Shown here: piece by piece, positions 42,068 to 51,240 of the stretch
Layout of the letters: every line of letters begins with the position of its first letter
Position numbering within the stretch: the first letter of the stretch is position 1
Assembly: GCA_965204735.1 (NCBI GenBank)
Contig: OZ242008.1
Span: forward strand, 800,001 to 864,000
Reading direction: 5' to 3'
Source: Longimicrobiales bacterium
GTDB lineage: Bacteria > Gemmatimonadota > Gemmatimonadetes > Longimicrobiales > Gaopeijiaceae
Length of the DNA stretch: 64,000 nucleotides
Notes under the pieces: generated by a model
Database searches by the model: none
Told to the model about the DNA's origin: nothing
Seen by the model: the letters and a program-made list of their open reading frames with translations, nothing else
Made by a program: the position numbers and the translations under genes

Positions 42068-44710
42068 TCACAGCTCCTGCCCGTCTCCCGCACGCACGCG
42101 CGCCTGATCGAACCACATCAGCAACTTGGGGTCTTCCTGGATCACACTCTCGGGGATCTTCCTGGCTACGGCGATAATGGTGGCGTAGTCCTTCTTCTGC
42201 CAAGCCTGACGGAACCCGGCCCGCATCGCCTCCGCTCGGAACACCTTTAGCTTCCGTTCCTCCGTTTTCCTGTACTCGGCAAACTCCCGAATAAGTGCAC
42301 GCTCCCGCAACCGGATCAGATCGGCCTCCCTGTTGTGGTCGGCAACGTGCCAGACTCCCGCCTCGTCGGACAGAAAGTTCTGTTCCAGCAAGTCCGACAG
42401 TTCAACCGAGTGCTCGTGCCGGTTCCATCCAGCGAGCTCCCGTACGAACCGAGGGTGGAGGTCCTGAAACGTCTGGGGTTGATCGGAAAGGGTTTGGCGC
42501 AGCCACCGGATCGCCGACTCCTCGTCCGTGACGAATAGATCCATCTGAGCCGTGGTCCTCGGGCAATCTGCCACCAGCCGGTCGTACTCGGCCGCCTGGT
42601 CGGGCAGGAAGTACTGTCCTCCCCGTTCGGGAAAGCGTTGGCCGAGCCCGGAGTAGAACTCCGCTGATGAGATCGGGACCATCACGCCCCGTTGCACGTG
42701 AAAGGCAACCATGCGATCGAACAAGAGGTAGTTGTGACGCTCTGCAACCGCGTCCAAAGTCCCGTTCCTGACCTCAGGGAACGGCAGTTTCGCTAAGTGC
42801 ATCCGCACGAACTCCCACGCACTTCCATCGTGGCTAGCTTGCAGTCTTGTTCGGCCTTCTATCTCCTGTCGCGGCTTGTACGCAGAGATTGTCAAGTCCT
42901 GCTTGACCGTGGAGCCATAGCTTAGCTGCTTGGTGGTTCCCTTCTTCTTATCCAGCACGCGCACATCCGCGACCACGAAGCCGGCTTCGGACAGTGCCTC
43001 CTGGATAGCGACCCATACCGCATTGCGCGAATTGTGAAACTCCACTGTGATCCAGCGGCCCGGCTTGAGAACACGGTAGAATTCGCCAAATGCCCGTCGC
43101 ATCAAGCGTCGGTAGTCGACCAGGCTCTTGCCCTGGACGGCGTTGACGACGGCCTCTCGGCGGGGTTCGGTGCGGATGCCTAGCCATCCCTCAACCATCG
43201 TGTTCAGCTCGGAGTAGTTGAGGTTGCCGCCGAACGGCGGATCGGTGAAGATGTAGTCGATTGCGGCATTCGGCACGTTCCTAAGGTCCGTCGCGCTCTG
43301 TGTGCCGACTACGACGCCAGTGCTCCTAGGGCCGTCGCCGCATCTCCGCAGATCCGCTATCCGACTCCGTAGGTAGTTGGTGGCCGGAATCTCGGCGGTA
43401 AGCGGTGCGACGTAAAGTGTTCCCGACAGCGGCCCGACATGGCGGTCGTGATTCGGCATGTACCGGTTGAGGCGGCAGACGCGCTGGAGTGCGCCCGTCA
43501 GTACGAACAGACCGAGAAAGCGAGCCTCGCTGGCCGTCAGCCCTCGTATGCGATTCCAAAAGTCCGTTAGCAGAACAAGGTTGCGTCTAGTGAAGAAGTG
43601 GTGCAGGTGCGTGAAGCCGTGGGACCGCCTAGGTTGTTGTGTGTTGAAGCCGTCTGGCATGGCCACAACCGGCGGGCCGGGACGAAGCGAAGCATCGTCA
43701 AGGCGGGCGATGAGCGCGAGATCGGCGGCGTCGGGCGTCTTCTCGAAGCGTCGCTTGCCTAAGGCGTAGTTGATCAACACGGGCTGTTGCTCAGCTTGGC
43801 GCACCGGCACTGCAAGCTCCGGGTCGAATCGCGTGGTCCACAAACGTTCGAGGGTGCGGATCGAATGAAGCAATCCGCAATCGGGACAAGGTGCTTCGCT
43901 CGGCGTTTTCTGCTTGGGACCACGGAACACCAAATCCCAGTACACGATTCTGTGACCGCACGTGGGGCACAGAAACACATCGGCCCACACTATGTACTGT
44001 ATGTATCCTTGGTGCCGACCCTGGTGTGAGTCGCCTTCCGCGTTGACTCGCTTGATGGCGTCGTTTGTGCCGCGGGGCCAGCCCACATGGGCCGTGCGTA
44101 GCAGGTCGCCGTGTTCATGAGCCACTGCGGTGACAACCTCGTCAATTTCGTCGAGATGCTCGGCTAGTGCGCCGATGGCGTTCATGCCCGCCGTAATGAA
44201 CGTAGCAGCCGGGCTCAGGTCGCTGAGGACAGCCCGTCGAGCACCGTCGCCTTCCCTGGCGCACAGTTGGGCGGCCACGCCTGTCATGCCGGTTCCGCAG
44301 AAGCCGTCCAGGACCACCTCGCCTGGTTCAGTGAAGTGCAGTATGTATGGTACGATAGCCCGCGGCGGCACCTTGGTACTGTAGTAGTGGGCAAAGTACA
44401 GCGGATCGTTCTTGCCTACCGAGACATCCGCCGCGAAGGCAGCAACATCCGTGGCTTCGTCGGCGAAAGTGTGTTCCCTGATGCCACCGCCGGCGAACGT
44501 CTCGTCTCCCACGAACGGACTTGGACATGCCGTATAGTAGGGGGGCAAGGAAATGTCCAACACTCGGTCGGTGTTCGCAACCGGGGCACCTTCGATATCG
44601 AGCATCCCCGGCAGTTCGGCGGCTAGGCGCTGCCGCCCCTCCGCGGAGACAAGGCGTGGCCTCTCGGCAGCCAGGCTTCCGCTCGCACCGTCAAAAAGCG
44701 TCGTGGCCAA
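42068..44710 (-). CDS. Large amino-DNA methyltransferase resembling BREX-3 PglXI
   Basis: PPYYTACP, FAADVSVGKNDP...TKVP, DGFCGTG (motif I), CPTC/CPDC, TDPPF (motif IV), LKPGRWITVEFHN, C-terminal QEDPKLLMWFDQA; TTG start. Confidence 0.85.
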   Translation of the reverse strand: MATTLFDGASGSLAAERPRLVSAEGRQRLAAELPGMLDIEGAPVANTDRVLDISLPPYYTACPSPFVGDETFAGGGIREHTFADEATDVAAFAADVSVGKNDPLYFAHYYSTKVPPRAIVPYILHFTEPGEVVLDGFCGTGMTGVAAQLCAREGDGARRAVLSDLSPAATFITAGMNAIGALAEHLDEIDEVVTAVAHEHGDLLRTAHVGWPRGTNDAIKRVNAEGDSHQGRHQGYIQYIVWADVFLCPTCGHRIVYWDLVFRGPKQKTPSEAPCPDCGLLHSIRTLERLWTTRFDPELAVPVRQAEQQPVLINYALGKRRFEKTPDAADLALIARLDDASLRPGPPVVAMPDGFNTQQPRRSHGFTHLHHFFTRRNLVLLTDFWNRIRGLTASEARFLGLFVLTGALQRVCRLNRYMPNHDRHVGPLSGTLYVAPLTAEIPATNYLRSRIADLRRCGDGPRSTGVVVGTQSATDLRNVPNAAIDYIFTDPPFGGNLNYSELNTMVEGWLGIRTEPRREAVVNAVQGKSLVDYRRLMRRAFGEFYRVLKPGRWITVEFHNSRNAVWVAIQEALSEAGFVVADVRVLDKKKGTTKQLSYGSTVKQDLTISAYKPRQEIEGRTRLQASHDGSAWEFVRMHLAKLPFPEVRNGTLDAVAERHNYLLFDRMVAFHVQRGVMVPISSAEFYSGLGQRFPERGGQYFLPDQAAEYDRLVADCPRTTAQMDLFVTDEESAIRWLRQTLSDQPQTFQDLHPRFVRELAGWNRHEHSVELSDLLEQNFLSDEAGVWHVADHNREADLIRLRERALIREFAEYRKTEERKLKVFRAEAMRAGFRQAWQKKDYATIIAVARKIPESVIQEDPKLLMWFDQARVRAGDGQEL

Positions 44711-44716
44711 GCCGAG

Positions 44717-45736
44717 TCAGCCTTCCTCTTTCAAGAATCGAGCTACCAAGGGAAGCATCCTCTTCAACGTACTGCTTCCACCACCTCCACCACGCCTCGT
44801 CCCACCTAAATTGGGCGGCAATATTCCGCGCAACACGGCATAGTCGTACTGATCGCTTTGGCTTGTGGCGTAGTTGTTAAGATGGCTAATCCAGTCCTCC
44901 AGGATCTCGCCTTCAGGTTGGTAGATTTGGCTGCTTTGCATAGAATCCAGCTGGTTGTCCAGAAAGCCTATGTGCTCGCCGTTACCGCGCAAGAATTGTT
45001 GTGCAGCATAGTAGCATTGGCGGAAATGCCCGGTAAGGTTCTGGTGGCCGATGTTTTGGCAGCGCTCATGCAGAGTCCACGCACCGGCAAGTGTCTTGTT
45101 GCCAACCAACCACTTGTCAAACGCATAGATGTCGGGTATGTCCTGGGGTTCGGTTGTTTTCTGTCCGTAACCCAGCAAGTCGTCCAGCTCCCGTTGCACG
45201 TCGGCGAGGCCATGCAAGTCGGATACATCCTTCTCGTGTTCACTGATTTTTGCGCTGTGCTTGGATACCCATTCTCTCAACAGATGCAACTCCAGCGACT
45301 TCCCGTTCTTGTCAGCCTCGGCCTTGACGATCTCGGTCGCAGCAAGAGTTTCGTCCTCGGTAAGCTCCAGCATCAGTTCAAAGTTCTTGTCGAAGCCTGC
45401 GGACGACAGGTTGGCAGAGCCGACCAAGCCCGAGATGCAGTCGGCAAGATACGCCTTGGCGTGCACTCGCTGATGGACGACCAGGCGGATAGCGTGATCA
45501 TCTTCCTGCAACGGCATCAAGCACTTCACCAGATCATGGGGGCTCGAGAGTCCTGTGGCCCACTCGGACGGGCTGATTCGGCTCATGAACGTAAGAGTGA
45601 CGCCGGACGGAAGTGCCTTGGACAGTCGAGTCAATCCCTGCGAACTATAGAATGGAACGCACACCAGGAGCTGCTCCTGGCTCGCACCCACAACCCTGTC
45701 AAGGGTGCCCCACGTTGCTCGAATCACCTTCGCCAC
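44717..45736 (-). CDS. PLD-family (single HKD) nuclease with unrecognised C-terminal domain
   Basis: VPFYS, HAKAYLAD (HxKxxxxD), GSANLS, NFE; visibly lower GC than the backbone. Confidence 0.85.
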   Translation of the reverse strand: MAKVIRATWGTLDRVVGASQEQLLVCVPFYSSQGLTRLSKALPSGVTLTFMSRISPSEWATGLSSPHDLVKCLMPLQEDDHAIRLVVHQRVHAKAYLADCISGLVGSANLSSAGFDKNFELMLELTEDETLAATEIVKAEADKNGKSLELHLLREWVSKHSAKISEHEKDVSDLHGLADVQRELDDLLGYGQKTTEPQDIPDIYAFDKWLVGNKTLAGAWTLHERCQNIGHQNLTGHFRQCYYAAQQFLRGNGEHIGFLDNQLDSMQSSQIYQPEGEILEDWISHLNNYATSQSDQYDYAVLRGILPPNLGGTRRGGGGGSSTLKRMLPLVARFLKEEG

Positions 45737-45844
45737 TTCACACTCCGAGTTTGTTGCGGAACCGCGGATCGACTCCGCGGCGAACCGAAAGGTAGCCTCC
45801 TCCCCCCGTTAGCTGCAAGCTCGCCGTCCAGGGCGACATCGACT

Positions 45845-46074
45845 CCACCAGCGTCCGCACCGGGTGCTCGACGCGGCTCGGGTCCCGGTCTTCGCGAAAG
45901 ACGGCGACCTGGTCGAAGCAATCTCCCGCCTGACGCAGGGACAGTGCGCCGGCGTTGGACGACGGCCCCACCGTTGAAGGCGGCGAGGCTTGCTTGGAGA
46001 AGAGGAGTTGGGTACCCTATGTTGGTAGCGAGTAAGAGAGGCCGATTGCCCGCCCCCGCTCGTGAGAAACTGGG
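45845..46074 (-). pseudogene. IS1380-family remnant (left end plus frameshifted transposase N-terminus)
   Basis: CTAG|CCCAGTTTCTCAC end-like sequence, then AAFNGGAV / SNAGALSLRQA...DRDPSRVEHPVRTLV. Confidence 0.6.
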
Positions 46075-46261
46075 CTAGGGCCTTCTTGGGACTGGGACGG
46101 AACAGGCGGTCCCTTGTCCGTTGTTGGCGTGCGCTGGACGACCGAGGACTCCCTCGGCCTGGTGCTTGGCCCGGCCCGGAGTCAGTGCCAATCCTGCGGC
46201 TCGGGCGGCTTGCTCCGACCCGCGACCGCCTCCATGTAGGGCTGGCTTGAAAGGACTCGCA

Positions 46262-48700
46262 GTGACTGCTCCAACGGAACGCTCGAAAGCTCTCTTGCGC
46301 CGACTCGCGGGGACCGCGTGGGTCTTTGCGCTGGCCGCCTGCGCCGAATCCGGCCGCGCCGGTGCGGGCGAGGTCGGAGGCGACGGCGCGGTGCAGGTCC
46401 CGCCGCGTCCGCAGTACGCCGAAGCGGCGTCGGCGCTGGAAGCGATGATCGAACGGGAGCGGGAGCAGAAGGACCTGCGGGCCGTGTCCATAGTCCTGGC
46501 GGACGCGGAAGGGGTGGCTTGGGCCGCAGGGTTCGGGGAGCAGGCGCCGGGCGTCCCCGCAGACGCCGAGACGGCGTACCGAGTGGGCTCCGTGTCGAAG
46601 CTGTTCACCGACATCGCCGTCATGCAGCTGGCCGAGCGGGGCGAGATCGAGATCGACGCGCCCGTCGCCGACTACCTGCCGGAGTTCGCGCCAAGCAGCC
46701 AGTGGGACGCGACGATCACCCTGCGCCAGCTCATGTCCCACCGGTCCGGGCTGATCCGCGAGCCGCCGGCGGGACACTACTTCGACGACGCCGGAACCAC
46801 GCTGGCGGAAACGGTGGCCAGCTTGAACGGGACCGACCTCGTGTACGAACCCGGGTCCCGGACCAAGTACTCCAACGCCGGAATCGCCGTGGTCGGGCAC
46901 GTGCTCGAGAGGACCCAGGGCGAGCCCTTCGCCGAATACCTCGCCGAGGCGGTGCTCGAACCGCTGGGGATGGCGAGCAGCGCCTTCGCCCCCGAGCCCG
47001 ACGTGGTGGACGACTTGGCCCGCGCCTACATGTGGGGCCTGGACCGGGACCTCTTCGACGCGCCGACCTTCGAGCTGGGGATGGCCCCGGCCGGCAGCAT
47101 GTACTCCACGGTCCTGGACCTGGCCCGCTTCATGGGCGCCATGTTCGAGCGTGGAAATGGCGAGAACGGCCGCATCCTGTCTCCCGAGACCCTGGAGTCG
47201 ATGTGGCGGCCCCAATTCGCCGAGCCCGAGGCGACGGAGGGCTACGGCCTCGGGTTCCGCGTTCAGGAGAGCTTCGGCCAGCGACGGCTCGGCCACGGGG
47301 GCGCGATCTACGGCTTCTCCACCCAGCTGGCGTTCCTCCCCGACGCGCAGCTGGGCGTGGCGGTGGTCTCGGCGGTGGACGGCACCAACGCGGTCGCCGG
47401 TCGGGTGGCCGACGCGGCCCTCGAGCTGATGCTGGCCGCCTCTTCCGGCGAACCACTGCCCACCGAACCATTGCGCGGCACGCAACCCGTCGACCCTGCG
47501 ACGGCGCTGGCGCTGGAGGGCAGGTACCGCGCCGACGAAGAAGCCGTCGAGCTGGACGAGCGCAACGGCGAACTCTTCCTGACGCCGCTCCGCAGCGGTC
47601 CCACCGTCGCCCTTCGCACCCGCGGCGACACGCTGATCGTGGACGACCGACTGGCCTTCGGCGACCGCTACCTGCCGGTCGGCGACAGCGTCTTGCTGGC
47701 CCTCGACGGCGACACCGCCGGCCGACGTCTCGTCCGCCAACCGGCGCCCGATCTGCCGTCGCCTCCCCCCGATCGCTGGACCGGCCTGATCGGCGAGTAC
47801 GGCTGGGACTACAACGTGCTGTACGTGCTCGAGCGGGAGGGCCGGCTTCACGCCCTGATCGAGTGGTTCTACATGTACCCGCTGGAGGAGATCGGACCCG
47901 ACGTCTACGCCTTCCCGGAGTGGGGCCTCTACCATGGCGAGCGTCTCGTGTTCTCGCGGGACGCGGACGGCCGGGCGACTTCCGTGGAAGCGGCCTCGGT
48001 CGTCTTTCCGCGTCGAAACGTGGGCACCGAAGCCGGCGGCACCTTCAGGATCGATCCTGCGCGGCCCGTGGCCGAGCTCCGCGCCGAAGCGCTGGCCGCG
48101 TCGCCGCCCGACGAACCAGGCTCGTTCCGCGACTCGGAGCTGGTCGAAGTCGCGTCCGTGGAGCCGGGCGTCCGCCTCGACGTGCGCTACGCCACCACCA
48201 ACAACTTCATGTCGTCCGTCTTCTACGACGAGCCCAGGGTCTTCCTGCAGCGGCCGGCCGCCGAAGCCGTGGCCCGGGCTCACCGCGCGCTGGCGGAGCA
48301 CGGGTACGGTCTGCTCCTGCACGACGGATACCGTCCCTGGTACGTGACCAAGATGTTCTGGGACGCTACGCCCGAGTCGCAGAAGCTCTTTGTCGCCGAT
48401 CCGGCAAGCGGCTCGCGCCACAACCGGGGCTCGGCGATCGACCTGACCTTGTACGACTTGGCCACCGGCGCGCCCGTGGAGATGGTGGGCTCCTACGACG
48501 AGTTCTCGCCTCGCTCGTTCCCGAACTACCCGGGCGGAACCTCGCGCCAACGCTGGTTGCGCGAGCTCCTGCGCAGGGTCATGGAGGCCGAAGGCTTTAC
48601 CGTCTACGAAGCCGAGTGGTGGCACTTCGACCACGACGACTGGCGCGAGTACGCCCTGCAGAACGTCACGTTCGACCAGATTGGCCGTCCGCCCCGCTGA
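46262..48700 (+). CDS. Serine hydrolase fused to M15 D-Ala-D-Ala dipeptidase (lipoprotein)
   Basis: LAAC; SVSK, YSN, HGG; DGYRP, SRHNRGSAID, EWWHFD. Confidence 0.88.
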   Translation: MTAPTERSKALLRRLAGTAWVFALAACAESGRAGAGEVGGDGAVQVPPRPQYAEAASALEAMIEREREQKDLRAVSIVLADAEGVAWAAGFGEQAPGVPADAETAYRVGSVSKLFTDIAVMQLAERGEIEIDAPVADYLPEFAPSSQWDATITLRQLMSHRSGLIREPPAGHYFDDAGTTLAETVASLNGTDLVYEPGSRTKYSNAGIAVVGHVLERTQGEPFAEYLAEAVLEPLGMASSAFAPEPDVVDDLARAYMWGLDRDLFDAPTFELGMAPAGSMYSTVLDLARFMGAMFERGNGENGRILSPETLESMWRPQFAEPEATEGYGLGFRVQESFGQRRLGHGGAIYGFSTQLAFLPDAQLGVAVVSAVDGTNAVAGRVADAALELMLAASSGEPLPTEPLRGTQPVDPATALALEGRYRADEEAVELDERNGELFLTPLRSGPTVALRTRGDTLIVDDRLAFGDRYLPVGDSVLLALDGDTAGRRLVRQPAPDLPSPPPDRWTGLIGEYGWDYNVLYVLEREGRLHALIEWFYMYPLEEIGPDVYAFPEWGLYHGERLVFSRDADGRATSVEAASVVFPRRNVGTEAGGTFRIDPARPVAELRAEALAASPPDEPGSFRDSELVEVASVEPGVRLDVRYATTNNFMSSVFYDEPRVFLQRPAAEAVARAHRALAEHGYGLLLHDGYRPWYVTKMFWDATPESQKLFVADPASGSRHNRGSAIDLTLYDLATGAPVEMVGSYDEFSPRSFPNYPGGTSRQRWLRELLRRVMEAEGFTVYEAEWWHFDHDDWREYALQNVTFDQIGRPPR

Positions 48701-48746
48701 CGACCGGCGTCGCGCAGACCCGGGGCGTCGCGCCGGTCGGCGTCGC

Positions 48747-49694
48747 ATGGACCTGCGCCGCACCGACGGGCGCCGCATCCGAACCGACGCAGGCCTTGTG
48801 CTGATCGCCGTCATCTGGGGGCTCAACTTTCCCATCATGAAGTCGGCGATCCAAGCGGCGTCGCCGATGGCCGTGAACGCGCTTCGGTTTCCCCTGGCGG
48901 CGCTGACGCTCACCCTCCTCCTGCGCATTCAAGGGCGCCGTCTCCTGCCCCTGCGGAAGGAGTGGCCGCAGGTCGTGCTGCTGGGCGTCGTCGGCCACGT
49001 GGCCTTTCAGCTCTTGTTCATCTTCGCCCTCGACCTGACTTCCACGGGCAACTCGGCGCTCCTGCTGTCCACGGCCCCGGTGTGGATCATCCTCGTGGCG
49101 GCCGCGACGGGCCGGGAGCGCTTCAAGCCGACGGCGCTTCTCGGCTCCCTGATCACGCTGGCGGGGATGGTCTTCCTCGTTGCCGGGGGGTCGAGCGAGT
49201 TCGGCGGGAGCCGCCTGGGCGACCTGCTCATGGTGGGCGCGGCGATCGCATGGGCGGTCTACACAGTGGTCGGCCACGCGCCGATCAAGCGCCATGGGGC
49301 GTTGGAGGTCACCGCCTGGGCGCTCTGGGTCGGAACCCCGTGCCTCTTCCTGGCGGGTCTGCCCGACCTGCTCCGGATAGGCTTCGGCAACCTCGGCGCC
49401 GGCATCTGGGCCGCGGCCTTCTACTCGGGGGTGATGGCAGTCGCCGTCGCGTACCTGCTCTGGTACCGGGCCGTCGGCGCGATAGGCCAGAGCCGCACCG
49501 GCGTCTATCAGAACCTGGTGCCGGTCGTCGCCATGCTGGTGGCGTGGTCCTGGCTGGGGGAGACGCCGACACGCTTTCAGGTCGTCGGAACGGCCGTCAT
49601 CCTCGCCGGACTGGTGGTGGCCCGCAGCGCTTCCAGGGGGCCGACCAGGGGGCTGGCCGAGGGGCCGAGAAAGCGGGCGCGAGAGGGCCGGTAA
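48747..49694 (+). CDS. DMT/EamA-family transporter
   Basis: IWGLNFP, about 10 hydrophobic segments, NLVPVVA...WLGE. Confidence 0.9.
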   Translation: MDLRRTDGRRIRTDAGLVLIAVIWGLNFPIMKSAIQAASPMAVNALRFPLAALTLTLLLRIQGRRLLPLRKEWPQVVLLGVVGHVAFQLLFIFALDLTSTGNSALLLSTAPVWIILVAAATGRERFKPTALLGSLITLAGMVFLVAGGSSEFGGSRLGDLLMVGAAIAWAVYTVVGHAPIKRHGALEVTAWALWVGTPCLFLAGLPDLLRIGFGNLGAGIWAAAFYSGVMAVAVAYLLWYRAVGAIGQSRTGVYQNLVPVVAMLVAWSWLGETPTRFQVVGTAVILAGLVVARSASRGPTRGLAEGPRKRAREGR

Positions 49695-49899
49695 CACCCG
49701 GCGCGCTTCGGCGTAATAGATCGTTCAATCGCAGGCGGCGCCGGTTTCCCCCGGCGCGACGACAGCCCCTCCCCCAGCACGACAGCCCCTCCCCAGCGGA
49801 CCGACTTCGTGTCCTGGAAGCCTTTGCCGCTCTTGGACATCAGCCGGTCTCCCGGACGCCATCCCGCTCCCTTGGCAGCCAGCCGGTTCTGGTGAGCCG

Positions 49900-49952
49900 A
49901 GTTTCTGCGCATCCGCTTGTTTCCTGCACATCAGTCTGTTTTCTGCACATCC
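49900..49952 (+). repeat. Three imperfect direct repeats with 19-bp period upstream of the second EamA gene
   Basis: gtttctgcgcatc / gtttcctgcacatc / gttttctgcacatc. Confidence 0.7.
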
Positions 49953-49974
49953 ATAGATCAAGGACCACGAAACG

Positions 49975-51240
49975 ATGGCGAACATCCCTACCCCCGCCGG
50001 GCCGGGCCTTACCCCCGCCGGGCCGGTCCCGGCCGTTGCCGGCTTGGCCGGCGCCGGACCGCTTGCGCCTCCGGGCGCATCGGCCAGTGGCGGCCGGCCA
50101 GCCGCGCCCTCCGACACCGCGGCTCGCTCCGACGCCCCGGCCACCCCGGACCGCAGCTGCGTGGCCGTGGAGGCCAGCCTGCTCCTGACCGCCGTCGTCT
50201 GGGGGCTCAACTTCCCCGTCCTGAAGGTCGCCCTCCAGGAGCTGAGTCCGCTGGTCGTCAACGCGGTCCGCTTTCCGTTGGCGGCTCTCGTCGTTGCTGT
50301 CCTGCTGCGGGCGCAGGGGCGGCGGCTGATTCCCCGCCACCGGGACTGGCCCCAGGTCGTGGCCCTGGGCGTGCTGGGGCACTTCGCCTACCAGCTCTGC
50401 TTCGTCTACGGCCTGTCGTGGACGTTGGCGGGCAACGCCGCGCTCCTCATGGCGACGACCCCCGTGTGGGTGGTGTGTCTGGCGGGGCTGCTGCGCGAGG
50501 AACGGTTCAGCCTCCGGGCGCTCTGCGGCGCCCTGGTCACCTTGGCGGGCACGGTCGTCCTCGTCGTCAACGGACATGGAGGGGAGGCGGGCGCCGCCGG
50601 TCCTCGGGCGACCCTGCGAGGCGATCTGGTGGTGCTGGCCGGGGTGATCATTTGGGCCGCCTACACCGTCCTGATCGGGCGCAGCGTGAAGCGGCACGGC
50701 GCCCTCGAAGTGACGGGATGGACCTTCTGGGCCGCGTCTCCCTTCATCTTCCTGGCGGGCGTTCCCAGCATGTGGACGGGCGACCTGGGGTCGGTGTCCG
50801 CGGGCGCGTGGGCGGCCGTCGCCTACTCGGGCATCTTGACCGTCGGTCTCGGGTACTTCGCGTGGTACCGGGCGGTGGGCGCGATCGGCCAGAGCCGCAC
50901 CGCGATCTACGCCAACTTCGTCCCGGTGGTCACCTTCGCGGGAGCGTGGCTGTGGCTGGGCGAGAGCCCAACGGCCGCGCAGCTGGGCGGCACCGTCGTG
51001 GTCCTGGCGGGGCTCGCCGTGGCGAGGCGGGGTCGGGGCGCGCGACCGGGGGCCTGGCGACGGGCCGCGAGCCGCTGGCGGAGGCGGATCGACCGCTGGC
51101 GGCGGCTGGGCGGCTGGCCGAGGCCTGGCGGCTGGCGGCGGCTTGGCGGAAGGTGGCCTCGCGGCGGCTGGCGGAGGCTCGCCGGGTGGCCTACCCGTCC
51201 GCGACGATCAGCATCCCCCTGGCCCGCAGCATCTGGTTGA
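49975..51240 (+). CDS. DMT/EamA-family transporter (tandem paralog) with Trp/Arg-rich tail
   Basis: VWGLNFP; shares WYRAVGAIGQSRT with the upstream paralog; start may be later; 3' end overlaps the convergent gene by 50 nt. Confidence 0.85.
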   Translation: MANIPTPAGPGLTPAGPVPAVAGLAGAGPLAPPGASASGGRPAAPSDTAARSDAPATPDRSCVAVEASLLLTAVVWGLNFPVLKVALQELSPLVVNAVRFPLAALVVAVLLRAQGRRLIPRHRDWPQVVALGVLGHFAYQLCFVYGLSWTLAGNAALLMATTPVWVVCLAGLLREERFSLRALCGALVTLAGTVVLVVNGHGGEAGAAGPRATLRGDLVVLAGVIIWAAYTVLIGRSVKRHGALEVTGWTFWAASPFIFLAGVPSMWTGDLGSVSAGAWAAVAYSGILTVGLGYFAWYRAVGAIGQSRTAIYANFVPVVTFAGAWLWLGESPTAAQLGGTVVVLAGLAVARRGRGARPGAWRRAASRWRRRIDRWRRLGGWPRPGGWRRLGGRWPRGGWRRLAGWPTRPRRSASPWPAASG

